NCBI GenBank assembly: GCA_905178155.1
Contig: CAJINV010000001.1
Coordinates: 15,686,142-15,750,141 of the forward strand
DNA from: Amoebophrya sp. A120
Lineage: Eukaryota > Protista > Dinoflagellata
Direction: 5' to 3'
Length of the DNA stretch: 64,000 nucleotides
Shown: positions 1 through 11,324 of the stretch, one piece after another
How the letters are laid out: every line of letters begins with the position of its first letter
Position numbering within the stretch: position 1 is the stretch's first letter
Position numbers and translations under genes: made by a program
Notes under the pieces: model-generated
What the model was told of the DNA's origin: nothing
Databases searched by the model: none
The model's input: the letters and a program-made list of their open reading frames with translations, nothing else

Positions 1-1970
1 GTAGCAGCAGATGAAGCGCAGTTTTCTAAACTCGCTAATATGCCGGTATGTGGGTGTTCGAAGACCTCCCGCACCGTCCGGGTGCCATTCTCGTAGCTGA
101 CGACGTCGCTGGCATGCAAGGCTTCCGCGAAAAGCCCTTTCGTTTCCTCCACTGGTCCCTCCAAGTGCTGCGGTAAAAACCAGTTTTGCAGCTTATCGCA
201 GGCGTAGTTCTGCATCAGCTTCTCCACATCCGCGGGCTCGTACGCACTTGCGGGTTGCGGCCGATCGCCGGAGGTTGTTAAACCGATGGGGACTCCCGCG
301 AGATTCGTGTCTTTTCCCGAGGACAGTGGATCGTAGAGGGAGACCGTGTGTCGCGCCACCGCTTTCCCCGGGTCCGGTTTAAGCTTTTTGTTGACGGCGG
401 CAACCAACTGCGACAAGAGTCCCTCGTACAGGTGCATGGCGAACACAGCGAGGTTGTGCGCGACTTTCTCCGTCGCCAGCGGCTCCTGGAGCGGCAAGTC
501 CTCGAAGCTAGTAGCGGGCGTGATGCGGAAGTTTTTTGGCGGGCGATAAATCAAGCCGCGGCCCAGGTGCTGCACGTCGAGCTCCAGCAGCTCGACTACT
601 TTCAAGATCTCCTCCGACAGCTGGCACGCCTGGTGTTTACTGGTCGAGGCTCCGGGAGAGCTCATCGCGCTGGGCCCCTTTGGGGAAGCGACGCGGGTCC
701 GGATCCCGCGGATGAGATCGACGGAGCTCAGGACGGCGAGAAAGGTCTCCGCATCTATGCCAATCTTCTGCAGGGCCGCGGGGACTGTCAGCTTCTCGGA
801 ATCTGGCAGCACGGGTGGAAAGCCGCCACGGAGGTAAAACGCGGTTGACGGCTTGTTCTCTTCTCGTTCTTTCGTGTCTCCTTTGTTTTTCATTTTCTCC
901 TTTTCTTTCTCGCTGCTGCGATGCCTTCTCTTATCGTACCAATTGTGCCGGCCCTCGACCTGGAACTCCTCGTCTAACAGCCGAAAGATCGCAAAGGAAG
1001 GCCGTCGGGCGTAGAACTGCGCTGGGGAGAGCGCACCCATCTGGCCTACGCTGAGACTGCATCCGACGGCGACGGCTTTTTTACCCGACGCTGGGAACTG
1101 AAACGTGAGTTGGAGATCGAGCCTGGATTCGAAATCGTGCGTGATCCCGGGTTGGCTCGTCATGCACTGCACTAGCGAAAGCAGCTCATGCAGCGACGGA
1201 ATCGATCCCGCCTGGGACTCGAAGGACTGGTCCGTAGTGAGGTATCGGGACAAAAAGTGCATCCACGTGCTCTTCCCCGCCTTGTTCGCTCCCTGAAGGA
1301 CGATGAGCGAATCTTTATTCGGAGCTGCTTGTTCTTCACTAGTGTTCTTCACTACTTTGTTCGGCACCGAAGAAGAAGACGAACCACCACCACCACTCGC
1401 CCCAACCCGAGATGAAGATGACGCCGACGACGACGATGTCGCTTCTCTCCAACAGGTGTCGACCAGACAAAAAGGGTGCGGCTCCACGTCGGCAACTACC
1501 GCACTCTCGTCCTGCAGCTGCCTGCGGACCAGATTCGCCTCCGCCTCCAGGTCGACGTTCAGCACGTCTTCGAGAGCAAACGGTCCCCGGGCAAGCAGGG
1601 ACTGTCCGCCCACCAGCCAGGTGAAGTCGCGGTTGAACCCAGCGTGGAGAGCGAGCGTGGCGAGATTCACTTCCTCTTCGTGCTTGACGAAGTTTTCCAG
1701 CACTCCCGTTACCTTCTGCGGATTGTACGTGCGATCGAACTCCTCCGTCCAGCGGAGGAAAACGCACGCGCGCGCGATCCACTGCAAGCGCTTATCCGAA
1801 AAGGAAGAGCTGCTGCCGGTGGAGTTCGTCTCGTCGATTTTGTCATACCGAACCAGCACCCGGTCGCCGTCCACGTCACGCACCGTCGCGGCAGCAAGCA
1901 CGTCGTCGTTGCGGTACACCCACACACGCCGCCCGCGTAAGTCGCAACGAGCCTCCGAAACCAGGTCCAT
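1..1970 (-). CDS. Highly divergent myosin heavy chain, N-terminal SH3-like and motor-domain part; runs off the window end
   Basis: Open minus frame from ATG at 1970 to base 1, absent from the ORF track because it has no stop in the window. Motifs in myosin order: GRRVWVYRND..AATVRDVDGDRVLV (SH3-like), SLLARGPF, EPHPFCLVDTCWR (cf. PPHIFAIADxAYR), LIVLQGANKAGKST (P-loop), FAMHLYEGLLSQLVAAVN (cf. LAKxLYxxLFxWLVxxIN), MQNYACDKLQNWF (cf. CINYANEKLQQxF), FEHPHTGILASLEN (cf. IEKxPxGILSLLDE). Confidence 0.8.
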   Translation of the reverse strand, partial: MDLVSEARCDLRGRRVWVYRNDDVLAAATVRDVDGDRVLVRYDKIDETNSTGSSSSFSDKRLQWIARACVFLRWTEEFDRTYNPQKVTGVLENFVKHEEEVNLATLALHAGFNRDFTWLVGGQSLLARGPFALEDVLNVDLEAEANLVRRQLQDESAVVADVEPHPFCLVDTCWREATSSSSASSSSRVGASGGGGSSSSSVPNKVVKNTSEEQAAPNKDSLIVLQGANKAGKSTWMHFLSRYLTTDQSFESQAGSIPSLHELLSLVQCMTSQPGITHDFESRLDLQLTFQFPASGKKAVAVGCSLSVGQMGALSPAQFYARRPSFAIFRLLDEEFQVEGRHNWYDKRRHRSSEKEKEKMKNKGDTKEREENKPSTAFYLRGGFPPVLPDSEKLTVPAALQKIGIDAETFLAVLSSVDLIRGIRTRVASPKGPSAMSSPGASTSKHQACQLSEEILKVVELLELDVQHLGRGLIYRPPKNFRITPATSFEDLPLQEPLATEKVAHNLAVFAMHLYEGLLSQLVAAVNKKLKPDPGKAVARHTVSLYDPLSSGKDTNLAGVPIGLTTSGDRPQPASAYEPADVEKLMQNYACDKLQNWFLPQHLEGPVEETKGLFAEALHASDVVSYENGTRTVREVFEHPHTGILASLENCASSAA

Positions 1971-2519
1971 TCGTAGCAGATTTCGGTGGGCTTGTTAACT
2001 ACCACCGATCGAGAACACAAGCAAACGCCAGGACCGGGTGCAAGCGTCCAGCGGACGAGCACGAGGACTACCACAAAAATAGTATTACGACATAGAGTGC
2101 CATCACATCTTGTTCTTCGTGCTTGTTAGGGAGAGGCCAGTTGCAAGAGGGCTACTTATTCATTAAGAGGAGCAGCTTCATGATGAAGTTTCTTGCAGAT
2201 CATGTAGTTCGATGATCATAGCCGTATCATGATCTACTTACGTTGCTTCTTTCCCTAAACCGAAGTGGCCCGCGCTTTCCCCATCGCCATTCCAAAGGCT
2301 AACGCGACCGGTGAGCGTACAAAATTCAGAATACCCGAGAGCCCGAGGATGGGATTGCGATGCTGCTTTCAGAAGGAAACGACAGCGCTGTCCGACGTCT
2401 CCGTCGAAATTTTGATTTTTCTGGTGTGATGGTGTTCTAGACTGTGAAGTTGCGACGCTTTTTTTACATTCATTGTTGTTTCAGGCTCTTGAGCAGCTTC
2501 CGCTGACCTCAGAGGTTGT

Positions 2520-5500
2520 TCATTTCTGTATCTGTTCTGTTTTATTCGGTACATTTGGGAAAAAGACTGACGAGTAGCAAAAGTCCTGCAGCAGCAACAA
2601 ATATCCGCTCATTGAAGTTCATTTGTTTCTGAATCTGCACCGCCTCGATGTGCACGACCATGGCAGTGGGACTCGGAAGGATTTTTGATGCATGCTGCAG
2701 GTTGAAGTTTCTATATCCTTTGTGAAGTCTGATTCTTCAGTTTCTTTGTTACAAAACAAAGGTGGGACCAAATATTGGGACATGGGGGAAATAGCAGATG
2801 ACCCACCGCAGGATGGCCTCCTGCACCTCGCTGCGAAAATTCACCGCGGTCGTGGTCGCACCCGGAGGAGCGGAGCTCCCTCTGGCGAACGTGAGCGTTG
2901 TCCACAAAGCGATGTTTTGGTCATGGCCGTCGGCCGAGAAAGCAAAGTCCGGCTCCGCGAGGCAGCGACAGTGTTTCCCCACATGCACACTGCGCAATTG
3001 GTCAAAATTCCATCTCCGGCCGTCGAGGAAGAGAAACGACGTTCGGCCAGTATTATCGCGGTCGCTGGTGACGATGGAAAATCGGAGACTGTTTGTTAGT
3101 TTGTGTTTATGGTCGAGTACTAGAGGTTCTGTTCATACTTGAACGTGCAGGCGAGCGCAAACCCAAACGTAATGGGATTTTTGGCTGAGTTTCAGACAGA
3201 AGCAGGAATAGATCGTTTTTTTTTTCATTTCTACCGCGCAATAACATGAGCTTACCCTGTCGCGACCCTCCTGGTCTTTTCGTCCCAGTATGTGACCGAG
3301 AATGCGTGCGCTAGTGTCTGCTCGACGAGAGCCATCGACCATTTTCTGTCGCGCAGCTCAGAAGGCGAGATCGTCGGCGGAGTCAGCGGGCTAACCGGCA
3401 AAAGCGCAGATGCGGGCGTGAGTCCGGACAGCGGAGATCGCCGGTAGTGCGGCTGGTTCGCTCCCGGGGTGACGGCAACTACTCTTTCCGCAGCGGGAGT
3501 TGTTTCGTGTGTGGATCCAGTCGAAGAAGAGGACAGATTAGACTTAGAGACGTCAGCTGCATAATCTGCAGTAGCACCACGACCAGAAGCAGATAGCATG
3601 CTGTGGTCTCCGAACACCGCCGAAGTAGATGATACCGCTGTTGTGTTAGTGTTTTTCCTTTCCGTGAATATGTCCTTCGAGGATTCCTTTGATGTAGTTG
3701 ATTTGGAGTTTGCATATTGCGAAGGCGTTGCAAGAGAGTTCTGCAGGTTGAGCGAGGTCTGGTAAGGACTTCTGGATTTGTGCTTTCGGATGAAGCCTCT
3801 CGCGTCCAGGAATTCGGTGCAGCTGCCGTTGCTCCTCTCGTCGATGTTGTCAAGGTGTGCGATATTTCTGTGATCCCCCGTAGTCGGAGTCGGTGTCAGC
3901 ACCGGCCGTGCTGGTGTTTTGTTCGGCGCTGTGGCGGCCGATTTGCTCAGCTGGCTGTATCCGAGTTGCGAGCGCGACCGCGAAGGGTCCACTTCATCTT
4001 GCGGCGTGTCGGGGAGATTCATGTCCTCCAAGAATCCGACATCAAACTCGATAGAATTCGACGGCGCATCCTCAAACTCAGTTCTATTTTCAACACGACC
4101 ATATCCATAGCCGTAATCGTAAGCTTCTTGCTCTTCTCCTTGTCCCCTCGCTCTGCGGTCGAGATCCTCCGGATCCACAGGCGGAAAGCATGCGGATGCG
4201 GTGCCTCCATTTCCTGTGGTCGATGACGAATCCCTGCCGCTTGTGCAGTGCATCAGCTCGTCTATTCCTAGCGAGGGTGTTAGCTCGTGTAGCTCGTCTT
4301 CATACTGGTCCAGGATGGGCTGCCCGAAGCTGGCGCCCTGAAAGCTGCTTGTCGAGGCCCTGCCGCGGTTTTCAGGAAACGTCAAGACGCCGGCGTCACT
4401 GGAGGACGAGCAAGCCGCTGAAGAACCTGAAACCGGATGCTGGTCATTTTGAAAGTACGGGGTGACACGCCGGTTTGCGTGGTTCTCCACGTCGAGATTT
4501 TTTGGCAGCGGTGTGGATATCCGTTTTGGTTTTGCGTAGTGCAGGTATCGGGAAAGATTGCAGCTGCCCGACCGGTCACGAGACGCCGCCGGGGGCGGCG
4601 TCGTAGCCGAAGATGCTGAGGACGCACTAGATTCCGCGTAGTAGAGCAAGGGGGGCCCGGATCCACCGTGCTGCAATTGTCCACCTTCGGGGTCTTTGCT
4701 TTTCTGGTATCGCTGCACAACGTGCTGGTAGACGTGTTGCAAGTCCTGGTCCTCCTGCGTAGTCGAAGTCTCTTCGCTGTTTTCGGCCGTACTGGTGCCA
4801 AATTTCGCTGGTTTGGGGAAGAGATCCGGAGACCTGGTGGCCGCACTACGGCGCTGTCGCTGCGTGTCCGAGGGTCTGGAGGAGTTTTGATCTTGCGGAA
4901 AGAACGCCGCTACGCCAGAGCCTGTTGAGAAGCAACATTTCATGTTTTTCGTCCGTTGTGGAAGCAACCCTATTTTTTCAACATGGGTCAACGACGTCCA
5001 TGCGTTGCAAAGACCTTCACATTCTGCAAACTAGTTACGAGCATGAACGAGGGCTACGGCTATGTGAACATACCAGCGCGTTCCGGTTCCGCGTCTGCGG
5101 CTTCCTCCTGCAAACCGAGGTGGTGGAGTAACCGATCGCTCTGACGCTGTGGTGGGCTCACGCTGCGAAAGGTTGCGTCACTTGCCGCTTCGGGATCGAC
5201 ACTCGGTCGCGGTTCCAAGACTGTTCTCGATGGCGGCTCGCGGTAAGGGACGCGAAAGCCTGTTTGCGCAACTGCTGTTTGTAAAGGGGGAGCCTGCTGC
5301 GGTGCACGATTAGGGTCCTTCCGACTGCGATCTTCTTGTTCGCGCCAGCCCCCCCTGTTTCTCTTCTCGTTCGTTCTGGACGATAATGAATTACTCTCTA
5401 TCTCTGGCTGCAACAAAATGACGGGGAATTTCGGTCGGATGCCGGCGCGTGCTGCCGCTGATTGGCGCTTCTTTTGGTCCCATGGTGCGAAGAACGGCTG

Positions 5501-6424
5501 CACTACGTTGTCGGCACTATCACTAGAGGAACTAGACCTGCTCTTGTTCTCTTCCGAACTGTACTCGTCCGACGTTTGTCTCGTCCTGCTTCTCGTACTG
5601 TTCCCGGGGCGTGAAGCCGTGGTGCCGCGCTTTTTCTTCTCCAAGACTGGTAGGGGCGACATGCTCATGATTTGTTCCAGGGACGGAGTTCCGGGGGAGG
5701 CCTGAAAAGCCACATGCACAGAACCGTCCGCGCCGTGCTCAGGAACAAGCAGGTCATCTTGCTTTTCATGTCGAGCAGGCGTGTCATGTATTTTCTTAGA
5801 AGCCGCAAGGCCCTGCGCATCGAAATCAGTGACGTGTTCCAACCTGCGCCGCAAATCCTCTTCCATGAAACGGAACACACACAGCAGGTACTCCGCCAAT
5901 TCCTTTTCAGACAGCTGCCCGCCGGTCTCCCCATCATCTCCCCCTGTAGGCGATCCCGGTGCAAGCGATCTGACCGACACGACACCTCCGGTTTCGCCCG
6001 TGCTAGTAGAATAATTGTTCCTAGAACGACGAGTGTCCGCAACATTACCATCAGGAGAACGATAGTGTGTTCGATCCTTCACAAAATCGCGAAAGACGCA
6101 GCTGATTTCCGGTATCGCGTCCTTGATCGCGTAGCTGTCGATGTAGTGCTGCGTTGCCTGCTGCACGAGCGGCGCGGAAATTTCTCGCTCGACGAGAATT
6201 TGGCTTGTGTATTTTTGCCATACCTTCCTTGTTTCCTTTTCCAAAAGTTCTGCATGTCGCAAAAACTGCATCAACCGCCGGTGCAGTTCCCGCAGTTTCT
6301 GAAACCGCAGCTGCCTTTTCTTGAACTCCGGGTCATTTTCGTGAAACTCTTCGGCACCGCCCCGCGCAAGACAGAAGTCGTTGAAGCTCTTCCCGCCGAA
6401 GCCCTTAGACTCTTGCTGACCCAT
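2520..6424 (-). CDS. Multi-exon hypothetical protein, N-terminal MGQQES (possible myristoylation), long S/T-rich disordered middle
   Basis: ORFs 5060-6424, 3252-4991 and 2749-2997 join in frame through GT-AG introns 4922-5073 and 3089-3255 (CTAAC branch site), plus a likely intron at about 2711-2806. Stop TGA at 2522-2520. The 3' end is less certain. Confidence 0.6.
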
Positions 6425-7321
6425 AATGTGCTTGTGGAGCGATGTTAAGTAGATTCAATGCAGGAGGTTGATGAAAAACGCAGAATGTCGCTTGGTCTTG
6501 CCGCTCTACTCTGGAGGCGGCCGCGGCCGTGGGTCAAACTAACAAAAGCAATGCCGACAATGTGCGTTCGAGTTCGTAGAACGACGGAATGAGATAGAGA
6601 TACGGAGGTGGCTCGATCTTTTCCTCTATACTTGTATCATGTACACACTGCTCGTTGTATGCTCGCTCAACGCTCTTTCTGGAAAAGAACTTCATCTTCC
6701 CTCCGCTCAGTTTTTACTACGACGAGACGCGAACGAGCCCGAGGAAGATGTCACAAACACAATTGTCAACTCATGCGAATAGATCCGGGTCATCCGCTCA
6801 TCACGGGCACAACCAACAGCGATCAAGTGCAAGACCAAGACGCCGGCTACGACCTACAGGAGCTACAGCAAGCATTTGTTCTGGATGCACTTCGTCACGA
6901 CGACGCCGGTGCCAAGCTCAAGGTGGTAGTACCCCAAATGTACTTGTGCGTTGAGTTGTCGTTCTTAGGTACATTCATTCAAGTTGTCGTTCACGAGCAT
7001 GGCTGCAACGGACTGTTGTCTCCGTGCCGTTCAAGATCATTTTCTTTTTCATTCTCATTGATTGGAGATATCACACCATAATCTTTTACTGCCATGCATT
7101 GCGTGTAAACCTTTAGCAGACATACGTATGCGCGCAACTTTTTTACCCCGGCGGGCGGTGCTTGTCAATTTTCATTTTCTTTGAAACGCAAAACTTAACG
7201 TGATCTTCGTCATCAATGCAGATCAAATCAACCAAAAAACTACTGTTTATGTCGTAAAACGAGAAGCAGAAGGCTTGCCTTGAGGGCAAAAATCTAAAAA
7301 CACACACACGGCCACAGCAAA

Positions 7322-9070
7322 TCACGCGAACGGCACCGCAGCGGTGTGATCGCAATTTGGGTACAAGGGCGAGTAACGGCTGCGATGCTGGTCGATTCTG
7401 GTCTCCAGGTCCCGAACTCGGCTGTACACCAAACCCTGCTGTCGGTGCTGGTTTCGCTGATCCAGCTTGAAATTTCGGTGTGTACTTTTTGACGACGCGG
7501 AAGTAGTGGATGCAGTGCTGTCCTGGGAGAGTGTGCGATGCAGGAAGTCACTCGCAGCTGCATTGGACATGCTGGTTGTACTACCCCAGCTGGCATCTTG
7601 ATCGTCATCGCATTGCGTGCTTGCGTTGTCAGTTTCAGAGCACGATACCGAATCGGCGTCTCGTGCAGCTTCAGTAGGCATCAGATCGCGCCCCCTTGGA
7701 GCATCCTTCTGATCACGCTGCACGAAGTAGTACGGGGCACAGTGTTGCTGCTGCTGTAAGGGCAAAGATTCAATCTTCATCATATCTTGCGAAGGATCTT
7801 GTTCAGCCTGTTCTTCACAATCATGGCCGTATGGTTCACCTGGAAAGACCCTGGACAGCATGGTAGCTTCGACAGAGCAGAGGTGCGAATGAAGGGAAAC
7901 GCAACTATGCGATTCCGTAGCGCTCCTGTCGAAAAGTGCAGTACTGGTGTGTACGTTCCCTGGTGCAGCTTGTAGTTCATCTACATCAGAACCCTCATCG
8001 TACTCGGACTGTGCGGATTGGGCGTACACTGCGTACTCGTAGTCTTCGGGGCTGAGCAGCGGTGACTCGTCCAGGGCACCTCCGCGTAACGTGGGGCAGC
8101 TATGCGATGGCTGCAGGAAGAGCGGCGCGACTGGTCCCGTCGCCGAGTCGTGGTTGTAAGAAAATGAGCCAGTAAGATAATCATGCTGCTCGGCTGGGTC
8201 GTGGGAGGATGAGGCGTCCAGGCGAAGGGGAAGGCGAAGACGAAGACGAGCGGTGGAACTTGTTTTTTGAAAGCCTTCAGACTGCACCTCCTCCTCAGCC
8301 ACCGGCGGTTGCGAGGAACTAGAAGCAGCTGTTGCAGCAGAAGCATCAGAACTTGATGTGGCTGGAGTTGAAACAGAAACAGTACCGCCAGAACCCTGGC
8401 TTGCTTCTTGATGTTTCAACAAGTGCGCACCGAAGATCCACCGGGGCCGCGCCCACGAGGACAGAAACGGCGACAAAGATGTCGATGGTGCCGGTCCTTG
8501 ACCACTTTCGCTTTTTATATCTGCTTCGCTGGCATAAAAAGCCTGGTACTTTCCGTTTGTATGACGCCCGTCGAAGCTCCACTTTTGCTGAGGAACACAA
8601 GAAGACTTTAGTCCGCTGCGCGGGTACGCTGTTGTTCCAGAGTCAGCTTTCGTTCGTGCGAGCAGTCCGGTAGAAGACGCGTAGGCGGGGGAAAACAAGC
8701 GAGAGCGCGGCCCCACTCCTCTCGCGCGCAATTGGGATGCTAGTGTGTAGTGGCAGTTGGGATGTGTTTTACTTGAAGACAAAGACCCCGTCCTTGGCGG
8801 AAGTTGTACATGAGATCGGTCATTTTCGCATGATTTTACTGCTGCTGCGTAATCGACGGCGGCCTCACTCTGCTCCGGGATAGAATTCAAGGGTGAGCCA
8901 CCGGGCAAGGCGCCACTTGGAATGCGAGTCCGCTTCCTAGCTGGCGTTGGGTAGTTATGAAAAACGCGCTTCTTGACGCCCAAGCCGAGCACCTCTTTTG
9001 CAAAGGTAACCAGCCGTAGCAGAATCAGTTTGAAAAGCGCATATTGCCAGACGGGACTGGAGTAACGCAT
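7322..9070 (-). CDS. Hypothetical low-complexity (S/A-rich) protein, 582 aa
   Basis: Long ATG-initiated ORF with a hydrophobic N-terminus. No family recognised. Confidence 0.55.
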   Translation of the reverse strand: MRYSSPVWQYALFKLILLRLVTFAKEVLGLGVKKRVFHNYPTPARKRTRIPSGALPGGSPLNSIPEQSEAAVDYAAAVKSCENDRSHVQLPPRTGSLSSSKTHPNCHYTLASQLRARGVGPRSRLFSPAYASSTGLLARTKADSGTTAYPRSGLKSSCVPQQKWSFDGRHTNGKYQAFYASEADIKSESGQGPAPSTSLSPFLSSWARPRWIFGAHLLKHQEASQGSGGTVSVSTPATSSSDASAATAASSSSQPPVAEEEVQSEGFQKTSSTARLRLRLPLRLDASSSHDPAEQHDYLTGSFSYNHDSATGPVAPLFLQPSHSCPTLRGGALDESPLLSPEDYEYAVYAQSAQSEYDEGSDVDELQAAPGNVHTSTALFDRSATESHSCVSLHSHLCSVEATMLSRVFPGEPYGHDCEEQAEQDPSQDMMKIESLPLQQQQHCAPYYFVQRDQKDAPRGRDLMPTEAARDADSVSCSETDNASTQCDDDQDASWGSTTSMSNAAASDFLHRTLSQDSTASTTSASSKSTHRNFKLDQRNQHRQQGLVYSRVRDLETRIDQHRSRYSPLYPNCDHTAAVPFA

Positions 9071-9434
9071 CTTGGCTCCTTTCCACTCGTCTTTCTGCAG
9101 AGTAAAATGATTGGACCGAGAAAAACCAAAAAAAAAAGAAAAACTTCAACTAGATCAAAAGCGCGAAGAACAAGATGTTACAGGACGTACACACAAGCGC
9201 GACACCGACCAGCATCGAGTGACGCAAAAGGAAAAGCTGTGTAGGGAAACGTAGCCGGACTTCTTATGAGTTAAAGTTATGACGCGGAACACAGAGGATC
9301 TTGTAAAACAAAAACGTCGTCCAGTTCCAGGCGCATCTACGGAGAACAAGGGAGAGAAACAGTACCAGGGCGAGTCTAGCTTCAAGCTTAAGTCTCTGAG
9401 GTGCATGGCATGTTCCATTTCAGCGCCTGGGTAT

Positions 9435-10631
9435 TCACAAATCCTGCGAGGCATTTGTTGCAAAGGCACGTGCCAGAAGATGGGGCACACTCATTGGACC
9501 GCTGGAGTTTTCCATGAGTGCCAGCCACGCAGGGCTAGACGCACTGAGAACCTCGGTTGCCGAAGAATTTACGGCACTCGAGCTCGCCGCGGCTTTGCTT
9601 CCACCGGATGAAGAGCTACTGGCCGACCGGATCACCAGCTGACCCAGGTTCGGCGCAAAGCTGGAGCTGATGTGCCACACGTTGTCACTCCTCATGCGCA
9701 GGCGCCAACCGAGGAATTCCTCAACCCCAACACGGTAGCGCTCGGTCTGCACTTGGAGTGCATTTTTCAGCTTTTCCGTTCGCTGTCGGTCGGCCTCGCG
9801 TTCCGCCTCGAGTTGCGCGACGCGGTTTTCGAGCTCACGTAGACGAGCGGATTCTGCTGTTCCGGGCAAGCTGGACGTTGTCCCTCCATTCTGGCTTCCT
9901 TTCCCTGCACCCGGCATGGTACTGGCAGCAGCAGCAGCAAAGCGTCCTCCCATATGATCCGTCTCTTGGGGCTGGTTTGCGTTTGCATCTTCCTCGGTGC
10001 GTTGTCGCTTCTTGCAAGTAGACATGCCGCCTCCCGAGAAGGCCGAAGATGAAGATGATGAGTTCTTGAAACCAGCATTTCCTATACCACCGGGCGCGAC
10101 ATCGATGCTGGCGTCCTCCCGACCGAGTCCTTCTCCTCGTGCGGGTGGAGCGTCTCCACTTCCCACCTGCCTCCCAGGACGACCGGAGCCACTTGTTCTT
10201 TGTCTTTCGCCGGGGGGCGCGGAGGTTCGGTTTGGAGAATGATCCTTATTTTTTGTGTCGTCCTCTACGACCGGGTGCACCAGGTCTACTGCCACTGCGG
10301 GTCGTGCGGCTGCAGCAAGCACCTCTTCTCGCGCTTTCCCCGCTTCCACAAACTCCTCCACGTGGTCATGCAAAATTTTCTGATACGTTGGATTCCACCG
10401 AAAGCGCAAAACCTTCGTAGTTTCCGAGTTGACCCCCCCGGCTCCGATCCGCCCCTCCAAGAGAGCCACCTCATCGATCTTTTGGTCCAACGCACGGGTC
10501 AGGTTTGTGCAGTTGCTACAGGTGGTGTGTCGGGGTGGATTATTTGCCATTGATAGACCTCCTTGCTGCTGTAGTACCTGCTCATTGGTTCCCTCACGAT
10601 AGGGATTATTGTGCTCGCCGATCGTTGCCAT
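9435..10631 (-). CDS. MAD1: Spindle assembly checkpoint protein MAD1-like (C-terminal half only)
   Basis: TKVLRFRWNP resembles the MAD2-interaction motif (KVLHxxxNP). A coiled coil follows, then KLKNALQVQTERYRVGVEEFLGWRLRM..WHISSSFA..SVPHLLA, matching the MAD1 C-terminal RWD domain pattern. Confidence 0.7.
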   Translation of the reverse strand: MATIGEHNNPYREGTNEQVLQQQGGLSMANNPPRHTTCSNCTNLTRALDQKIDEVALLEGRIGAGGVNSETTKVLRFRWNPTYQKILHDHVEEFVEAGKAREEVLAAAARPAVAVDLVHPVVEDDTKNKDHSPNRTSAPPGERQRTSGSGRPGRQVGSGDAPPARGEGLGREDASIDVAPGGIGNAGFKNSSSSSSAFSGGGMSTCKKRQRTEEDANANQPQETDHMGGRFAAAAASTMPGAGKGSQNGGTTSSLPGTAESARLRELENRVAQLEAEREADRQRTEKLKNALQVQTERYRVGVEEFLGWRLRMRSDNVWHISSSFAPNLGQLVIRSASSSSSGGSKAAASSSAVNSSATEVLSASSPAWLALMENSSGPMSVPHLLARAFATNASQDL

Positions 10632-11324
10632 GATAATGATGTTGAGTTCGATGTGTCAGTGCAGTCTTTTTGGATGCAGAAAAAAGCTTGAACTTGTGTC
10701 GTTCTCTAGTAGTGCATGCCACGTATTATTTTTTTGAGTGTTGCTAATGCTATTTTTTTTTCTTTTCCAGCTTTTCTAATTTCTTGCGCGCTTCCGAACT
10801 GAATACAGGTCGGCATCACCACCTTGTCGAACGAGCGAGGCAACCCAAAACGATAAGAAACGTAAAGCGTGCGATGTCGATGGCGAACTGGGGATATACA
10901 TGCAATGTCTTCAGGCCTATGTCCACCCATGTCATAGTCGTCTTAGACAAGAAAGCGAAATAACCACGACAAACAACACAAAAATGGATCAATAAGAACA
11001 GAGTTGGCTATAGTCGGAGGCCACCTCCACTGATTTAATTGTCGTAGATCTAGATACATCAACACGTCTGCTTCTTTAGGTGAGCGAGTAACTCAAAATC
11101 ATCTATCATCATTCACGTTGCAAAATCTGACCAACGTTCCTTGTCCTTCCCTGCGAAATTCAAATTTGACTTTTACCTTATGTTAGACGCGTGAGAATCA
11201 AGATTATTCGTAGCTTGTGATTTCCATGTACATGTTCAAAGGTGAGTTTCGACAGTTTTGTGAGAATTACTCAACATCAAAATAAGATTACCCTGTCGAG
11301 TCATGATGTATGAGTATGTAGCCT

